Assembly: GCA_031267775.1 (NCBI GenBank)
Contig: JAIRYL010000186.1
Location: 1 to 44,545 of the forward strand
Direction of reading: 5' to 3'
Source of the DNA: Tannerellaceae bacterium
GTDB taxonomy: Bacteria; Bacteroidota; Bacteroidia; Bacteroidales; Tannerellaceae
DNA: 44,545 nt
A model generated the notes under the pieces. The model was not told the DNA's origin, did not search any database, and saw nothing but the letters and a program-made list of their open reading frames with translations. The position numbers and the translations under genes were made by a program. Shown here in pieces: positions 18,953 through 28,817 of the stretch (its first letter is position 1; each line of letters opens with the position of its first letter).

Positions 18953-18983
18953 TTTGCTTGTTCAACACTATTCCATACCTTTG
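18953..18983 (+). promoter_or_regulatory. Consensus sigma-A promoter of rpmE2
   Basis: TTTG (18953-56), 19-nt spacer, TACCTTTG (18976-83): exact Bacteroidetes consensus. Confidence 0.8.
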
Positions 18984-19042
18984 CAGCCAATTTACCGGTT
19001 ACCGGATACTTGAATAATACAAATTAAAAGAACATAAAAGCA

Positions 19043-19297
19043 ATGAAAAAAGGAATCCATCCGAATAATTACCGTCCTGTCGTGTTTAAAGACATGTCGA
19101 ACGATGATGTATTTATTACGCGTTCTACTATCAATGCAAGGGAAACAATTGAAATTGATAGCGTAACTTATCCGTTGATAAAAGTAGAAATTTCAAACAC
19201 TTCGCATCCATTTTATACGGGTAAATCTAAACTGGTGGATACTGCCGGACGCGTTGATAAGTTTATGAGCCGTTACGGAAACCGTAACAAGAAATAA
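19043..19297 (+). CDS. rpmE2: 50S ribosomal protein L31 type B
   Basis: [32 protein letters not shown]; no Cys. Confidence 0.96.
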   Translation: MKKGIHPNNYRPVVFKDMSNDDVFITRSTINARETIEIDSVTYPLIKVEISNTSHPFYTGKSKLVDTAGRVDKFMSRYGNRNKK

Positions 19298-19331
19298 CAA
19301 ATCAAAATCGCTTGACCAAAAGGTTTCGGAT

Positions 19332-19353
19332 TTTATTTCCAGATGCCTCCTAA
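19332..19353 (-). repeat. Right arm of the 22-bp inverted repeat flanking rpmE2
   Basis: TTTATTTCCAGATGCCTCCTAA (revcomp TTAGGAGGCATCTGGAAATAAA). Confidence 0.9.
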
Positions 19354-19442
19354 GTTAAGCTATATTTTTTTGTTTATGTAATCTATTTAAAATTGAATTG
19401 TACATCTTACGTTGACCGGATGGCGACTGTGAATGGAAAATT

Positions 19443-19464
19443 GGCGCGGAACGGCGCCTTTTTT
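19443..19464 (+). terminator. Putative intrinsic terminator downstream of rpmE2
   Basis: GGCGC-GGAACG-GCGCC followed by TTTTTT; short stem. Confidence 0.5.
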
Positions 19465-19551
19465 ATGTCCAATCGCAAAATATTTCTGACGAACAGATGG
19501 TTTACGCCTGTATATCCGGCATACAAACAAGAAAAATTAAAACAAGAAGAT

Positions 19552-20034
19552 ATGAAGACGGCAATAATATTCACCTCCAAACACGGAACGACCGAAAAGG
19601 TTGTACAAATGCTTGCCAAACGATTAACCGGCAATCAGGTCTCAATCATTGACCTGAAAAAAGAACAACATCCCAACGTCGATTCTTATGATGCGATTAT
19701 CTTGGGAACTTCCATCTATGCAGGCGCATCATCAAAAACGATGCAACGTTTCTGCAAGGAAAATATCGAAAGCTTGAAACAGAAACGACTGGCGTTGTTT
19801 GTCTGCGGAATGGAACCGGACAGCGCCAAACAACGCCGGGAATTGGCAAACGCCTATCCTCCGGAGTTGCACGGATATGCCGTATCCAACTGTTTTGCCG
19901 GCGGGGAATTTCTGTTTGAAAAAATGAATTTCTTTGAACGCGCTATTATCAAACGTATTGCAAAGACGGATAAAAACGTTTCGCAAATCAAAGAAGACGA
20001 AGTTGACAGGTTTGTAGCAGAATATGAATTATGA
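19552..20034 (+). CDS. Flavodoxin-domain protein (HemG-like)
   Basis: MKTAIIFTSKHGTTEK, YDAIILGTSIYAG, LALFVCGM, GGEFLFEKMNFFER. Confidence 0.8.
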   Translation: MKTAIIFTSKHGTTEKVVQMLAKRLTGNQVSIIDLKKEQHPNVDSYDAIILGTSIYAGASSKTMQRFCKENIESLKQKRLALFVCGMEPDSAKQRRELANAYPPELHGYAVSNCFAGGEFLFEKMNFFERAIIKRIAKTDKNVSQIKEDEVDRFVAEYEL

Positions 20035-20084
20035 ATATCTTGATCCATTTATGCGCGCAATAAATCTTATACATAAGAGGTATT

Positions 20085-20135
20085 TTGCCAAACAGAAAAA
20101 GCAACCTTCATCAGGTTGCTTTTTCTGTTTGGCAA
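20085..20135. terminator. Perfect 23-bp hairpin, bidirectional terminator
   Basis: TTGCCAAACAGAAAAAGCAACCT-TCATC-AGGTTGCTTTTTCTGTTTGGCAA between convergent genes; internal U-tracts in both directions. Confidence 0.85.
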
Positions 20136-20169
20136 GGATGACATTTATTCCGAACGCCTGTTACAGTTT

Positions 20170-20964
20170 TTACAGCTTTGTTATCTTCAACGAACTGGTA
20201 TACTTCATTCCATCTGCCTGAGCGCCTACAATAAAAATTCCTTTTATCAGGCGTTCAGTAACTGCCGACGATACTTTTACAAATCCATACCGCAACAAAC
20301 AACCTTCTTCCAAATGCACTATATGCGCGGGAAGAGCGCCTGTTATAGTTTGCAAAGCAACCGACCTGTGAGCGCCGCCAGACGCCGTTGGATCGTAAAC
20401 AACAACAGGAAATACCGAAAAGCGTGCTCCGGCTATATCTTCCCAGGATTTCCCTCCGTCAGCAGATTTTCTTACGATCAGATTGAACCGGCATTTAGTG
20501 GAGGTGTTATCAAAATAGTTGAAATCATGAAAATAATTTACATATCCTGCAATTTCATAACTGCCTGCATTTCCGATTCGGATCGTATCGCTTCCTATAA
20601 ATGAAGCGTCTATTGTATTTATTGCATTCGTTTTATCCTCTTGATTAAAAAAAACTGTATGCAGGGTGGTAGTGTCAGCATTAAATACAGTGAATGAAAT
20701 TTGTCTCTCGTAAGTCGATTGTACAAACAGCATGTAAGGAACAGCGATATTCTTCACCCACCGCAGATCGCCTTTATCATTTGACGATTCGAGTACCGAA
20801 CCCAGTTCGGGAGCCACTCCCGGAAGAGCGCCCATCCTGACGCTACCATTAACATCCAACATTGCTTGCGGATCTTCAGTATTAATCCCAACCTGAGCTT
20901 TCAGACCGGTAAAAGTTATGCTCAACAGCATTATGATAACTAAACTTATTTTTTCTACATTCAT
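20170..20964 (-). CDS. Secreted hypothetical protein with N-terminal QVGINT motif and beta-rich C-terminus
   Basis: Signal peptide ...LKA-QVGINTEDPQAMLDVNG; C-terminal beta-strand pattern loosely C1q/BclA-like. Confidence 0.7.
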   Translation of the reverse strand: MNVEKISLVIIMLLSITFTGLKAQVGINTEDPQAMLDVNGSVRMGALPGVAPELGSVLESSNDKGDLRWVKNIAVPYMLFVQSTYERQISFTVFNADTTTLHTVFFNQEDKTNAINTIDASFIGSDTIRIGNAGSYEIAGYVNYFHDFNYFDNTSTKCRFNLIVRKSADGGKSWEDIAGARFSVFPVVVYDPTASGGAHRSVALQTITGALPAHIVHLEEGCLLRYGFVKVSSAVTERLIKGIFIVGAQADGMKYTSSLKITKL

Positions 20965-21202
20965 AACATTTTTTTTACGTTTCTTTCTGTTTTTACATTT
21001 TACCCAGTATCCAGTATTCCAGACACTATAGTTTTAACGTATGCTGGAATAACCGTTTATAGTAACATTTTCCTTGATTTTATGGATAATTCATAAAACC
21101 GCGTCCCGACACATATTTACATCCTCTCCTTGTAAAGAATGGACTGCAGACTTCATTCTTTCAATATTATTTATGCCGTACTCTCATGATCATCGTACTT
21201 GA

Positions 21203-21210
21203 CAAAAGTA
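21203..21210 (-). promoter_or_regulatory. -7 element for the QVGINT gene
   Basis: Minus-strand TACTTTTG; no clear -33 element. Confidence 0.4.
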
Positions 21211-21430
21211 AATCATTTTCGTTTTTTGTATATAAAATATGGGTACATATAAAGGGAAACGCTGTTTTTTATTTGAACAAAAAGTCTTTTACACGGCTTA
21301 TTTATTACATATAATGACATATATGGTATATTTTGGAACAAAAAAAGTCATATATGATGTATTATATATAAAAAAAACAATTATATATGCTATTTTTGTC
21401 CTAAAAATTGAAATAAGTGTAAATAGATTA

Positions 21431-21438
21431 TATTTTTG
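21431..21438 (+). promoter_or_regulatory. -7 element for the HTH gene
   Basis: TATTTTTG 22-37 nt before the candidate starts. Confidence 0.4.
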
Positions 21439-21474
21439 TAATTAATTTGTATATAAACTTTGACGCCGTTTTTG

Positions 21475-22446
21475 ATGGATAAAATTAATAAACTTGTTAT
21501 CTCCGAAATTTTAAAGAATATTCCCAGGAATATTAATCCTGTGAATTATTTGTCTGATATTCTGTGTATCAGCAATAAATCTGTTTATCGCAGGATAAAG
21601 GGCGAAATCCCCTTTACAATTACGGAAGTTCTTAAACTGTCGGATAAACTGAATTTTTCAATAGACCAGATATTGGATCATGGCGATATGCATCGTGCCA
21701 GTTTTATTCTCCAGTCTGATAATTCCAACAGTCCCGAAGAATCTTTTTACCGGATGCTTTCATATTATCATAAGCTTATGCTGGCGTCGAATAAAGCAAC
21801 TTATGTTGAATCATTTGTAACATTGAATCATATTCCGGTTCTATTTACAGTCTTTTTTGAGCGCCTGTTCAAGTTTTCTTACTACCAATGGATGCATCAC
21901 AGTCATACCAATTCAATCAAATACCATTTCAAAGACGCTATTATGCCTCCGCGAATCTTATCCTTACAAAAAGAGATCATAGCGTCTGCCGTCTATACCG
22001 GAAACATTACGTATATTTTGGATTCAAATATGTATTTATCAACATTAAAGGAGATTAGCTACTATTATAATTGTAAACTGATAACAGACAAGGAACTTGA
22101 ATCAATAAAAAAAGACCTCAACAAACTGGTTGACTGGTTCGAAACAATCTTAAGTACCGGCGTCATTGATAAAGAAAGAAGCAGAATGGATATTTATCTA
22201 TCCAGTTTGAATCTGAAAGTCAGCAGCGCTTATAACGCCTGCGACGATACGGTAACATCGCACTTTTTTATCTATACCATAGATCCAATCTATACCATCA
22301 ACTCCCTGCATTTTGCCAGAGTTCATAAAAAATGGTTCAATACCATAAAAAAATATTCCGTACTGATAACCCGGTCGAATGAGATGTTACGGGCTGCTTT
22401 TCTGGAAAAGCAAAGAATGTATATAGAAAACATCCTGAATTTATAA
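21475..22446 (+). CDS. N-terminal HTH (BetR-like) putative transcriptional regulator
   Basis: LSDILCISNKSVYRRIKGEIPFTITEVLKLSDKLNFSID; ATG21475 (ORF open from TTG21460). Confidence 0.75.
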   Translation: MDKINKLVISEILKNIPRNINPVNYLSDILCISNKSVYRRIKGEIPFTITEVLKLSDKLNFSIDQILDHGDMHRASFILQSDNSNSPEESFYRMLSYYHKLMLASNKATYVESFVTLNHIPVLFTVFFERLFKFSYYQWMHHSHTNSIKYHFKDAIMPPRILSLQKEIIASAVYTGNITYILDSNMYLSTLKEISYYYNCKLITDKELESIKKDLNKLVDWFETILSTGVIDKERSRMDIYLSSLNLKVSSAYNACDDTVTSHFFIYTIDPIYTINSLHFARVHKKWFNTIKKYSVLITRSNEMLRAAFLEKQRMYIENILNL

Positions 22447-22603
22447 AATAAGTCGCCTGCTTTATAAAGAATGTCAGGCCGACGCGGATTTAGCCGGGAA
22501 TATTTATTTTTACAAGCCATTTATCTCGTTTATTTTCAAGAGGTTATTTTTCTCCCTGAATGGCTGCGTTTTATCCGTCTGCTTGATATTCAGGTTTTAT
22601 CAT

Positions 22604-22611
22604 TATATTTG
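22604..22611 (+). promoter_or_regulatory. -7 element of the mlaE/F-like operon
   Basis: TATATTTG 25 nt before the ATG; CTTG at 22582-85. Confidence 0.55.
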
Positions 22612-22635
22612 TCCTCTTAATTAATAGGCGTTAGT

Positions 22636-23379
22636 ATGAATGAGTCGTTACACGGTTTGGGCGAATATGTGCTGTTGATAAAAAAAGCTATCGCTATTCC
22701 CGATCGCTGGGGTATGTTCTTCAAACAACTGATCAAAGAAATATACAAGCTTGGCGTTGATTCGCTTTGGATTGTTATTATTATATCTATTTTTATAGGC
22801 ACGGTGACGGCTATCCAGATATCGTTGAATATAGCGTCGCCGTTAATTCCTAAATTTACAATAGGATATACGACGCGCGAGATTATATTGCTTGAATTTT
22901 CATCCTCTATTATGTGTTTGATCCTGGCTGGAAAGGTAGGAAGCAATATTGCTTCGGAAATAGGAACCATGCGGATTACCGAACAGATCGACGCCATGGA
23001 GATTATGGGCGTCAATTCGGCGAATTTCCTTATTATGCCTAAAATAGCGGGCCTGATGCTGTTTATTCCCGTACTGGTTATCTTTAGCATGTTTACCGGG
23101 ATAATCGGAGGAATCAGCGCCAGTTACCTGGATACGCGAATGACGCCGTCTTCCTTCGAATATGGATTGCAATTTTATTTTAATCATTTTTACATTTGGT
23201 ATTCTATCATAAAATCAGTTGTGTATGCTTTTATCATATCGTCGACGGCAGCCTATTATGGTTACAATGTAAAAGGCGGCGCCCTCGACGTTGGTAAAGC
23301 CAGTACGAATGCTGTTGTAATGAGCAGTATTATGATTTTGCTGGCCGACGTAATTCTAACCCACTTAATGCTTACATAA
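22636..23379 (+). CDS. mlaE: MlaE-family ABC transporter permease
   Basis: AGKVGSNIASEIGTMRITEQIDAMEIMG, GGALDVGKASTNAVV. Confidence 0.9.
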   Translation: MNESLHGLGEYVLLIKKAIAIPDRWGMFFKQLIKEIYKLGVDSLWIVIIISIFIGTVTAIQISLNIASPLIPKFTIGYTTREIILLEFSSSIMCLILAGKVGSNIASEIGTMRITEQIDAMEIMGVNSANFLIMPKIAGLMLFIPVLVIFSMFTGIIGGISASYLDTRMTPSSFEYGLQFYFNHFYIWYSIIKSVVYAFIISSTAAYYGYNVKGGALDVGKASTNAVVMSSIMILLADVILTHLMLT

Positions 23380-23380
23380 A

Positions 23381-24148
23381 ATGATTGAAGTTAAAAATCT
23401 TACCAAATCATTTGACGAACGAATTGTTTTGCATACGATCAACGCCGTTTTTGAAACCGGTAAAACGAATCTGATTATTGGACGGAGCGGATCGGGAAAA
23501 ACGGTTTTACTCAAAAATATTATCGGATTGATACAACCCGACTCCGGAGAGATCTTTTATGATGGCCGAAAACTGATTGGAATGAAAAAGAAGGAGTTAA
23601 ATATACTTCGTCGCGAGATGGGTATGTTGTTTCAAGGTTCTGCTTTGTTCGACAGTATGACTGTTTTGGAAAATGTGATGTTTCCTTTGAATATGTTTTC
23701 CAAAGATTCTTATAAAGAGCGCGAAAAACGGGCAACGTTTTGTCTTGAACGCGTCAATCTTCTTGACGCCGAACATCTTTATCCATCCGAAATAAGTGGC
23801 GGGATGATGAAACGGGCGGCAATAGCCCGCGCTATTGCGCTAAATCCACACTATTTGTTTTGCGATGAACCTAACTCCGGATTAGACCCGAAGACCGCCT
23901 TGCTGATTGACGATCTTATTCATGATATTACGGTGGAATATAAAATGACAACGATTATCAATACGCATGATATGAACTCCGTTATCAATATCGGCGAGAA
24001 TATAGTTTTTATTAAAGAAGGTATAAAGGAGTGGCAAGGCGATAGACGTCAGGTAATGACTTCAAACAATCAAGCCCTGAACGATTTTATTTTCGCTTCC
24101 GATTTATTCAAGAAAGTTAAAGAAGCCGAGAACGACAGGATGATTTAG
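23381..24148 (+). CDS. mlaF: ABC transporter ATP-binding protein (MlaF-like)
   Basis: Walker A GRSGSGKT, ISGGM signature, LFCDEPNSGLDP, NTHD. Confidence 0.88.
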   Translation: MIEVKNLTKSFDERIVLHTINAVFETGKTNLIIGRSGSGKTVLLKNIIGLIQPDSGEIFYDGRKLIGMKKKELNILRREMGMLFQGSALFDSMTVLENVMFPLNMFSKDSYKEREKRATFCLERVNLLDAEHLYPSEISGGMMKRAAIARAIALNPHYLFCDEPNSGLDPKTALLIDDLIHDITVEYKMTTIINTHDMNSVINIGENIVFIKEGIKEWQGDRRQVMTSNNQALNDFIFASDLFKKVKEAENDRMI

Positions 24149-24249
24149 TTGAAAGTTGAACGCCGGCTTCGCGCAGCATACGACAACGCCTGAATCGCTG
24201 ATTTATACTGTTGAGGTCGGACGTTCTGAACGTTTCAATGTTCAACGTT

Positions 24250-25536
24250 TCAAAGATTAAAGAGATCTTTAATTTTTGAAACATAATCTAATTTTTCCCA
24301 GGTGAATAATTCCACTTCCGTTGTTACCGGTACAGGATTATAACGCGAGTTGAATGTTTTTGTTTTTATTTCCGGTTTACGTCCCATGTGTCCGTATGAA
24401 GCTGTTTCCAAATAGATTGGATTACGTAATTTCAGACGTTCTTCAATGGCTTTAGGGCGCATGTCAAATAATTGTCCGATTTTATCTGCAATTTCACCAT
24501 CGCTAAGGCTCACGTTTGAACGTCCATACGTGTTAACAAAAATATTCATGGGCCGAGCTACGCCGATAGCATAAGACGCCTGCACCAAGACCTCGTCGGA
24601 AACCCCTGCCGCAACCAGGTTTTTTGCAATATGACGGGCTGCGTATGCAGCCGAACGGTCTACTTTCGAAGGGTCTTTACCAGAGAAGGCGCCACCGCCA
24701 TGCGCACCTTTGCCCCCATACGTGTCTACGATAATCTTCCGCCCTGTCAATCCCGTATCTCCGTGAGGCCCGCCAATAACAAACTTTCCGGTAGGATTAA
24801 CGTGATAGGTAATATGATCGTTAAATAAGGCCTGTACATGAATCGGATATGAAGCTTTTACACGGGGAATAAGGATATTCTTTACGTCAAGGGTAATGCG
24901 TTGCTGCATGGCGGTATCGGCTTCTTCCTGCGTAATTCCTTTCGGTTCGATAAATTCGTCGTGTTGCGTAGAGATGACAATTGTATCAATCCGGCGGGGC
25001 GAACCGTTATCTTGATATTCAATCGTAACCTGGCTTTTTGCATCCGGACGCAAATAAGGCATTAATTCCGGTTCATTCTTGCGTATAGACGCCAATTCTT
25101 GCAGCAAACTATGCGACAAGTCTAATGCAAGAGGCATATAGTTGTCTGTCTCGTTGGTTGCATAACCAAACATCATACCTTGATCGCCGGCGCCTTGATC
25201 GTATGGGTCTTTACGTTCTACGCCGCGGTTTATATCTCCGCTTTGTTCGTGAATGGATGAAAATACGCCGCACGATTTGGCTTCAAATTGATATTCGCTT
25301 TTGGTATAGCCAATTTGTTCAATCACATGACGCGCTACTTCTTGTACATCTACGTATGCACTTGATTTAACTTCTCCAGCCAAAACAACCTGTCCGGTTG
25401 TAACAAGGGTTTCGCAAGCTACTTTTGAGTTTCGATCGTAGGCGAGAAACTCGTCAAGCAAAGCATCCGATATTTGATCGGCTACTTTATCGGGGTGTCC
25501 TTCAGACACCGATTCGGAGGTAAATAAATAACTCAT
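24250..25536 (-). CDS. metK: S-adenosylmethionine synthetase
   Basis: [35 protein letters not shown]. Confidence 0.98.
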   Translation of the reverse strand: MSYLFTSESVSEGHPDKVADQISDALLDEFLAYDRNSKVACETLVTTGQVVLAGEVKSSAYVDVQEVARHVIEQIGYTKSEYQFEAKSCGVFSSIHEQSGDINRGVERKDPYDQGAGDQGMMFGYATNETDNYMPLALDLSHSLLQELASIRKNEPELMPYLRPDAKSQVTIEYQDNGSPRRIDTIVISTQHDEFIEPKGITQEEADTAMQQRITLDVKNILIPRVKASYPIHVQALFNDHITYHVNPTGKFVIGGPHGDTGLTGRKIIVDTYGGKGAHGGGAFSGKDPSKVDRSAAYAARHIAKNLVAAGVSDEVLVQASYAIGVARPMNIFVNTYGRSNVSLSDGEIADKIGQLFDMRPKAIEERLKLRNPIYLETASYGHMGRKPEIKTKTFNSRYNPVPVTTEVELFTWEKLDYVSKIKDLFNL

Positions 25537-25650
25537 TTCTTTAATAGATTTTAATATCTTAACGTCTTAATTGACTTTAAGGCTGTTGTTTTTTTGAATT
25601 GAAAGGGAGGATTGTATAAACTTGCCTGAGAATAGAAAGGGAAAAGACTT

Positions 25651-25704
25651 CTTGTTTTTAGCATTTTTTCCTGTGGTTGCAAGCGCTTCAAATCTGTCCA
25701 CATC
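25651..25704 (-). ncRNA. SAM-II riboswitch aptamer
   Basis: Minus strand TGTGG-ACAGATTTGAAGCGCTTGCAA-CCACA-GGAAAAAATGCTAAAAACAAG: P1 TGTGG/CCACA plus the GATTT, TTGC and GCTAAA SAM-II signatures, upstream of metK. Confidence 0.8.
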
Positions 25705-25740
25705 AATTCGGGGGTAAATATAGGTAATTTTTTAAAATAA

Positions 25741-26208
25741 CTATACTGTGGGAAGGGAAAAATATAGTTCGCCGATGGTTTTTTTCAGTGTGGGATGTGT
25801 AAGCGTAGCGGCGATTTCGGCTAAAGGCGCTAATACAAAATTTCGTTTATGCATCAACGGATGAGGGATTGTTAATTCGTCTGTTTGAATAATAACGTCT
25901 TCATACATAAGGATATCTATATCAATTATACGATCTTTGTACATACCGTCGCTTTTTTCTTTTCGGCCCATTTCCAGCTCGATTTGTTTGGTTATATCAA
26001 GTAATTCCAGCGGGGATAGCCGGGTTTCAAGAATAACGGCAGCATTGAGAAATGTGTTTTCCGATTCAAATCCCCAAGGTTTGGTTTCATATAAAGTTGA
26101 AAGGACGAGAATTTCTCCCACCCTTTCAGCCAACAACCCTGCGGCTGTTGTCATATTTCTCCTTTTGTCTTCTAAATTTGTTCCAATACTCAGATAAGCG
26201 GTTGCCAT
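25741..26208 (-). CDS. folK: 2-amino-4-hydroxy-6-hydroxymethyldihydropteridine pyrophosphokinase
   Basis: YLSIGTNL, YETKPWG, FLNAA, DRIIDIDIL, LTIPHPLM. Confidence 0.95.
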   Translation of the reverse strand: MATAYLSIGTNLEDKRRNMTTAAGLLAERVGEILVLSTLYETKPWGFESENTFLNAAVILETRLSPLELLDITKQIELEMGRKEKSDGMYKDRIIDIDILMYEDVIIQTDELTIPHPLMHKRNFVLAPLAEIAATLTHPTLKKTIGELYFSLPTV

Positions 26209-26221
26209 CTGTTCTTTTTTT

Positions 26222-27271
26222 TCAAATAATTAGCATGGCGTCGCCATAAGCGCCAAAGTTATATTTCTCGTTGACTGCCGTTTTATAGGCCTCCATAATT
26301 AAATCGTAACCGCCGAAAGAAGCTGTCATCATCAGCAATGTGGAAAGCGGCAAATGGAAATTTGTAACCATACTGGTTGCCACGCCGAAATCATATGGAG
26401 GGAATATAAACTTATTGGTCCATCCCTCAAATTCTTTTAAACGTTCGTCGGTGCTTACCGCCGTTTCAACAGCCCGCATAACCGACGTTCCTACAGCGCA
26501 GATCTGACGGTTTTCATCTTTTCCTTTATTAACGATTCTGACAATTTCGGCGTCCACCTTCATTTGTTCGGAGTCCATTTTGTGTTTGGTGAGGTCTTCC
26601 ACGTCTATTTCCCTGAAATTTCCCAAGCCGGAATGAACTGTCAAAAACGCAAACCGACAATCTTTTATTTCCAGGCGTTTCATTAATTCCCTGCTGAAGT
26701 GCAAACCTGCTGCCGGAGCGACGACGGCTCCTTCTTCGGAAGCGAAAATATTTTGATAGCGGTCTTCGTCTTCCGGTTCAACCGGACGGTCTATGTATTT
26801 GGGCAGCGGCGTTTCACCCAGCATGTACAGCGTTTTTTTAAACACGTCGTGATTCCCGTCAAATAAGAAGCGGAGCGTACGTCCGCGCGACGTCGTATTG
26901 TCTATTACTTCGGCCACCATCGAATCGTCTTCGCCAAAGTACAGTTTGTTTCCGATACGGATTTTACGCGCCGGATCTACCAGCACATCCCATAAACGTA
27001 ATTCTTTATTTAATTCGCGAAGAAGAAAAACTTCAATACGGGCGCCTGTTTTTTCTTTGTTTCCATATAATCGCGCCGGGAATACTTTTGTGTTGTTAAA
27101 GATAAACACGTCTTTTTCGCCGAAATAATTCAAAATATCTTTAAATATTTCATGTTTAATTTCGCCTGTTTTACGGTGAACAACCATCATTCTTGCTTCA
27201 TCTCTGTTTTTGGATGGATGCTGCGCAATGAGTTCGTCTGGTAGATTAAATTTAAATTTTGACAGTTTCAT
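26222..27271 (-). CDS. queA: S-adenosylmethionine:tRNA ribosyltransferase-isomerase
   Basis: [50 protein letters not shown]. Confidence 0.95.
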   Translation of the reverse strand: MKLSKFKFNLPDELIAQHPSKNRDEARMMVVHRKTGEIKHEIFKDILNYFGEKDVFIFNNTKVFPARLYGNKEKTGARIEVFLLRELNKELRLWDVLVDPARKIRIGNKLYFGEDDSMVAEVIDNTTSRGRTLRFLFDGNHDVFKKTLYMLGETPLPKYIDRPVEPEDEDRYQNIFASEEGAVVAPAAGLHFSRELMKRLEIKDCRFAFLTVHSGLGNFREIDVEDLTKHKMDSEQMKVDAEIVRIVNKGKDENRQICAVGTSVMRAVETAVSTDERLKEFEGWTNKFIFPPYDFGVATSMVTNFHLPLSTLLMMTASFGGYDLIMEAYKTAVNEKYNFGAYGDAMLII

Positions 27272-27273
27272 AA

Positions 27274-27981
27274 TTATATGTTTTCTTTTGTTTCTATCTT
27301 GATACTATCTAAAAAGGAGTCGATATCTTCCGGATTCATGCACCTGTCAAGCGTTATCTCGCCGATACGTATACGCTCCAGCGCCATCAGGTGTGCGCCC
27401 GAATCAAGCGCCTGGCCTATATCGCGGGCTAATGCGCGGATATAGGTTCCTTTACTGCAAACCGCCCTTATTTTAATAACGGGCATATCGTACTCCAATA
27501 GTTCCAATTCGTCTATAACCAGCGTTTTGGGTTTAAGTTCAACGTCGCGTCCTTTACGGGCGAATTTATACGCTCTTCTGCCATTGACTTTTACGGCCGA
27601 AAAAGCAGGCGGCGTTTGTTGAATAGTTCCCGTAAATTGTTTAAGAACTTCTTTCACCTTCCCGCAGGTAATATGTTCTGTTGGATATACGGCGTCAACT
27701 TCTCTCTCCAAATCAAAAGAGGGGGTTGTTTCTCCCAGTTTAAGCGTTGCCACGTATTCCTTTGTTTGGTATTGAAACTCGTCAATACGCTTGGTAGCCT
27801 TTCCCGTACAAAGAATCATAACGCCTGTAGCCAACGGATCTAATGTTCCGGCATGTCCAACTTTTATTTTTTTCACCTCCAGTTTTCGCGATAGTTTATA
27901 GCGAAATCTATTTACCAAATCGAAAGAGGTCCACTTTAACGGTTTATTGAAATAAAGTATCTCTCCTGAAAAAAAATCCAT
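27274..27981 (-). CDS. truB: tRNA pseudouridine(55) synthase
   Basis: [38 protein letters not shown]. Confidence 0.96.
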   Translation of the reverse strand: MDFFSGEILYFNKPLKWTSFDLVNRFRYKLSRKLEVKKIKVGHAGTLDPLATGVMILCTGKATKRIDEFQYQTKEYVATLKLGETTPSFDLEREVDAVYPTEHITCGKVKEVLKQFTGTIQQTPPAFSAVKVNGRRAYKFARKGRDVELKPKTLVIDELELLEYDMPVIKIRAVCSKGTYIRALARDIGQALDSGAHLMALERIRIGEITLDRCMNPEDIDSFLDSIKIETKENI

Positions 27982-28817
27982 TAAATAATCTGTAAATTAT
28001 ATCCTGTTAACATCAATATTAAGATAACGCCTCCCACTATGATACGATAGTAACCGAATGCTTTAAAGCCATATGTAGTTACATATCCGATAAAGAATTT
28101 GATGGCAAGCATAGCAACAATAAAAGCTACTGCGTTTCCAATAATCAATGCCGGCATGTTTTGGCTTAATACGTCTGATCCGCCTGGTTCCAGAAAGAGT
28201 TTAAGAGCCTTGTAAGCGGTTGCTGCAAACATGGTGGGAACAGCCAGAAAGAATGAAAACTCGGCGGCTGTTTTGCGCGATAAGCGTTGCGTCATACCTC
28301 CTACAATCGTAGCCATAGAACGCGAAACGCCCGGTATCATAGCGATACATTGAAACAATCCGATATAAAATGCCTTCTTTTCCGTCATTTCCTCAGCCGT
28401 GTCGGGATGGTTGAATAATTTATCGACAAATAGCATGAATACGCCGCCAATAATCAACATCAACGCCACTACCCAAACATTTTCAAGCAGATCGTCAATA
28501 AAATCGCTGCCAAGGAAACCGATTATAGCGGCAGGAATGAAAGCGACCAACAGTTTCCAATAAAAATCATATTTGTGTAGAAAACTTTTTAAGCCGGTAA
28601 CTTTTCCTTTGTTCAAATGGAAAAAACGTTTCCAATATAAACATACTACCGAAAGAATGGCTCCAAACTGAATAATAACGGTAAACGCTTTTACAAAATC
28701 TGTACTTTCAATACCCAACAAATGCTGCGTTATGATCATGTGTCCGGTAGACGATACCGGAAGAAATTCTGTAAGTCCTTCTACTATAGCAATAATGATA
28801 ACTTCTATAGTATTCAT
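27981..28817 (-). CDS. uppP: Undecaprenyl-diphosphate phosphatase
   Basis: [31 protein letters not shown]. Confidence 0.96.
   Translation of the reverse strand: MNTIEVIIIAIVEGLTEFLPVSSTGHMIITQHLLGIESTDFVKAFTVIIQFGAILSVVCLYWKRFFHLNKGKVTGLKSFLHKYDFYWKLLVAFIPAAIIGFLGSDFIDDLLENVWVVALMLIIGGVFMLFVDKLFNHPDTAEEMTEKKAFYIGLFQCIAMIPGVSRSMATIVGGMTQRLSRKTAAEFSFFLAVPTMFAATAYKALKLFLEPGGSDVLSQNMPALIIGNAVAFIVAMLAIKFFIGYVTTYGFKAFGYYRIIVGGVILILMLTGYNLQII

Noticed and set aside
19043-19297. Zur-regulated zinc-starvation paralogue of L31
   Set aside because: The Cys-free type B form is the usual L31 in Bacteroidetes, and I see no operator overlapping its consensus promoter.
19393-19551. N-terminal extension of the flavodoxin ORF
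   Set aside because: Crosses a terminator-like hairpin; the domain begins at ATG19552.
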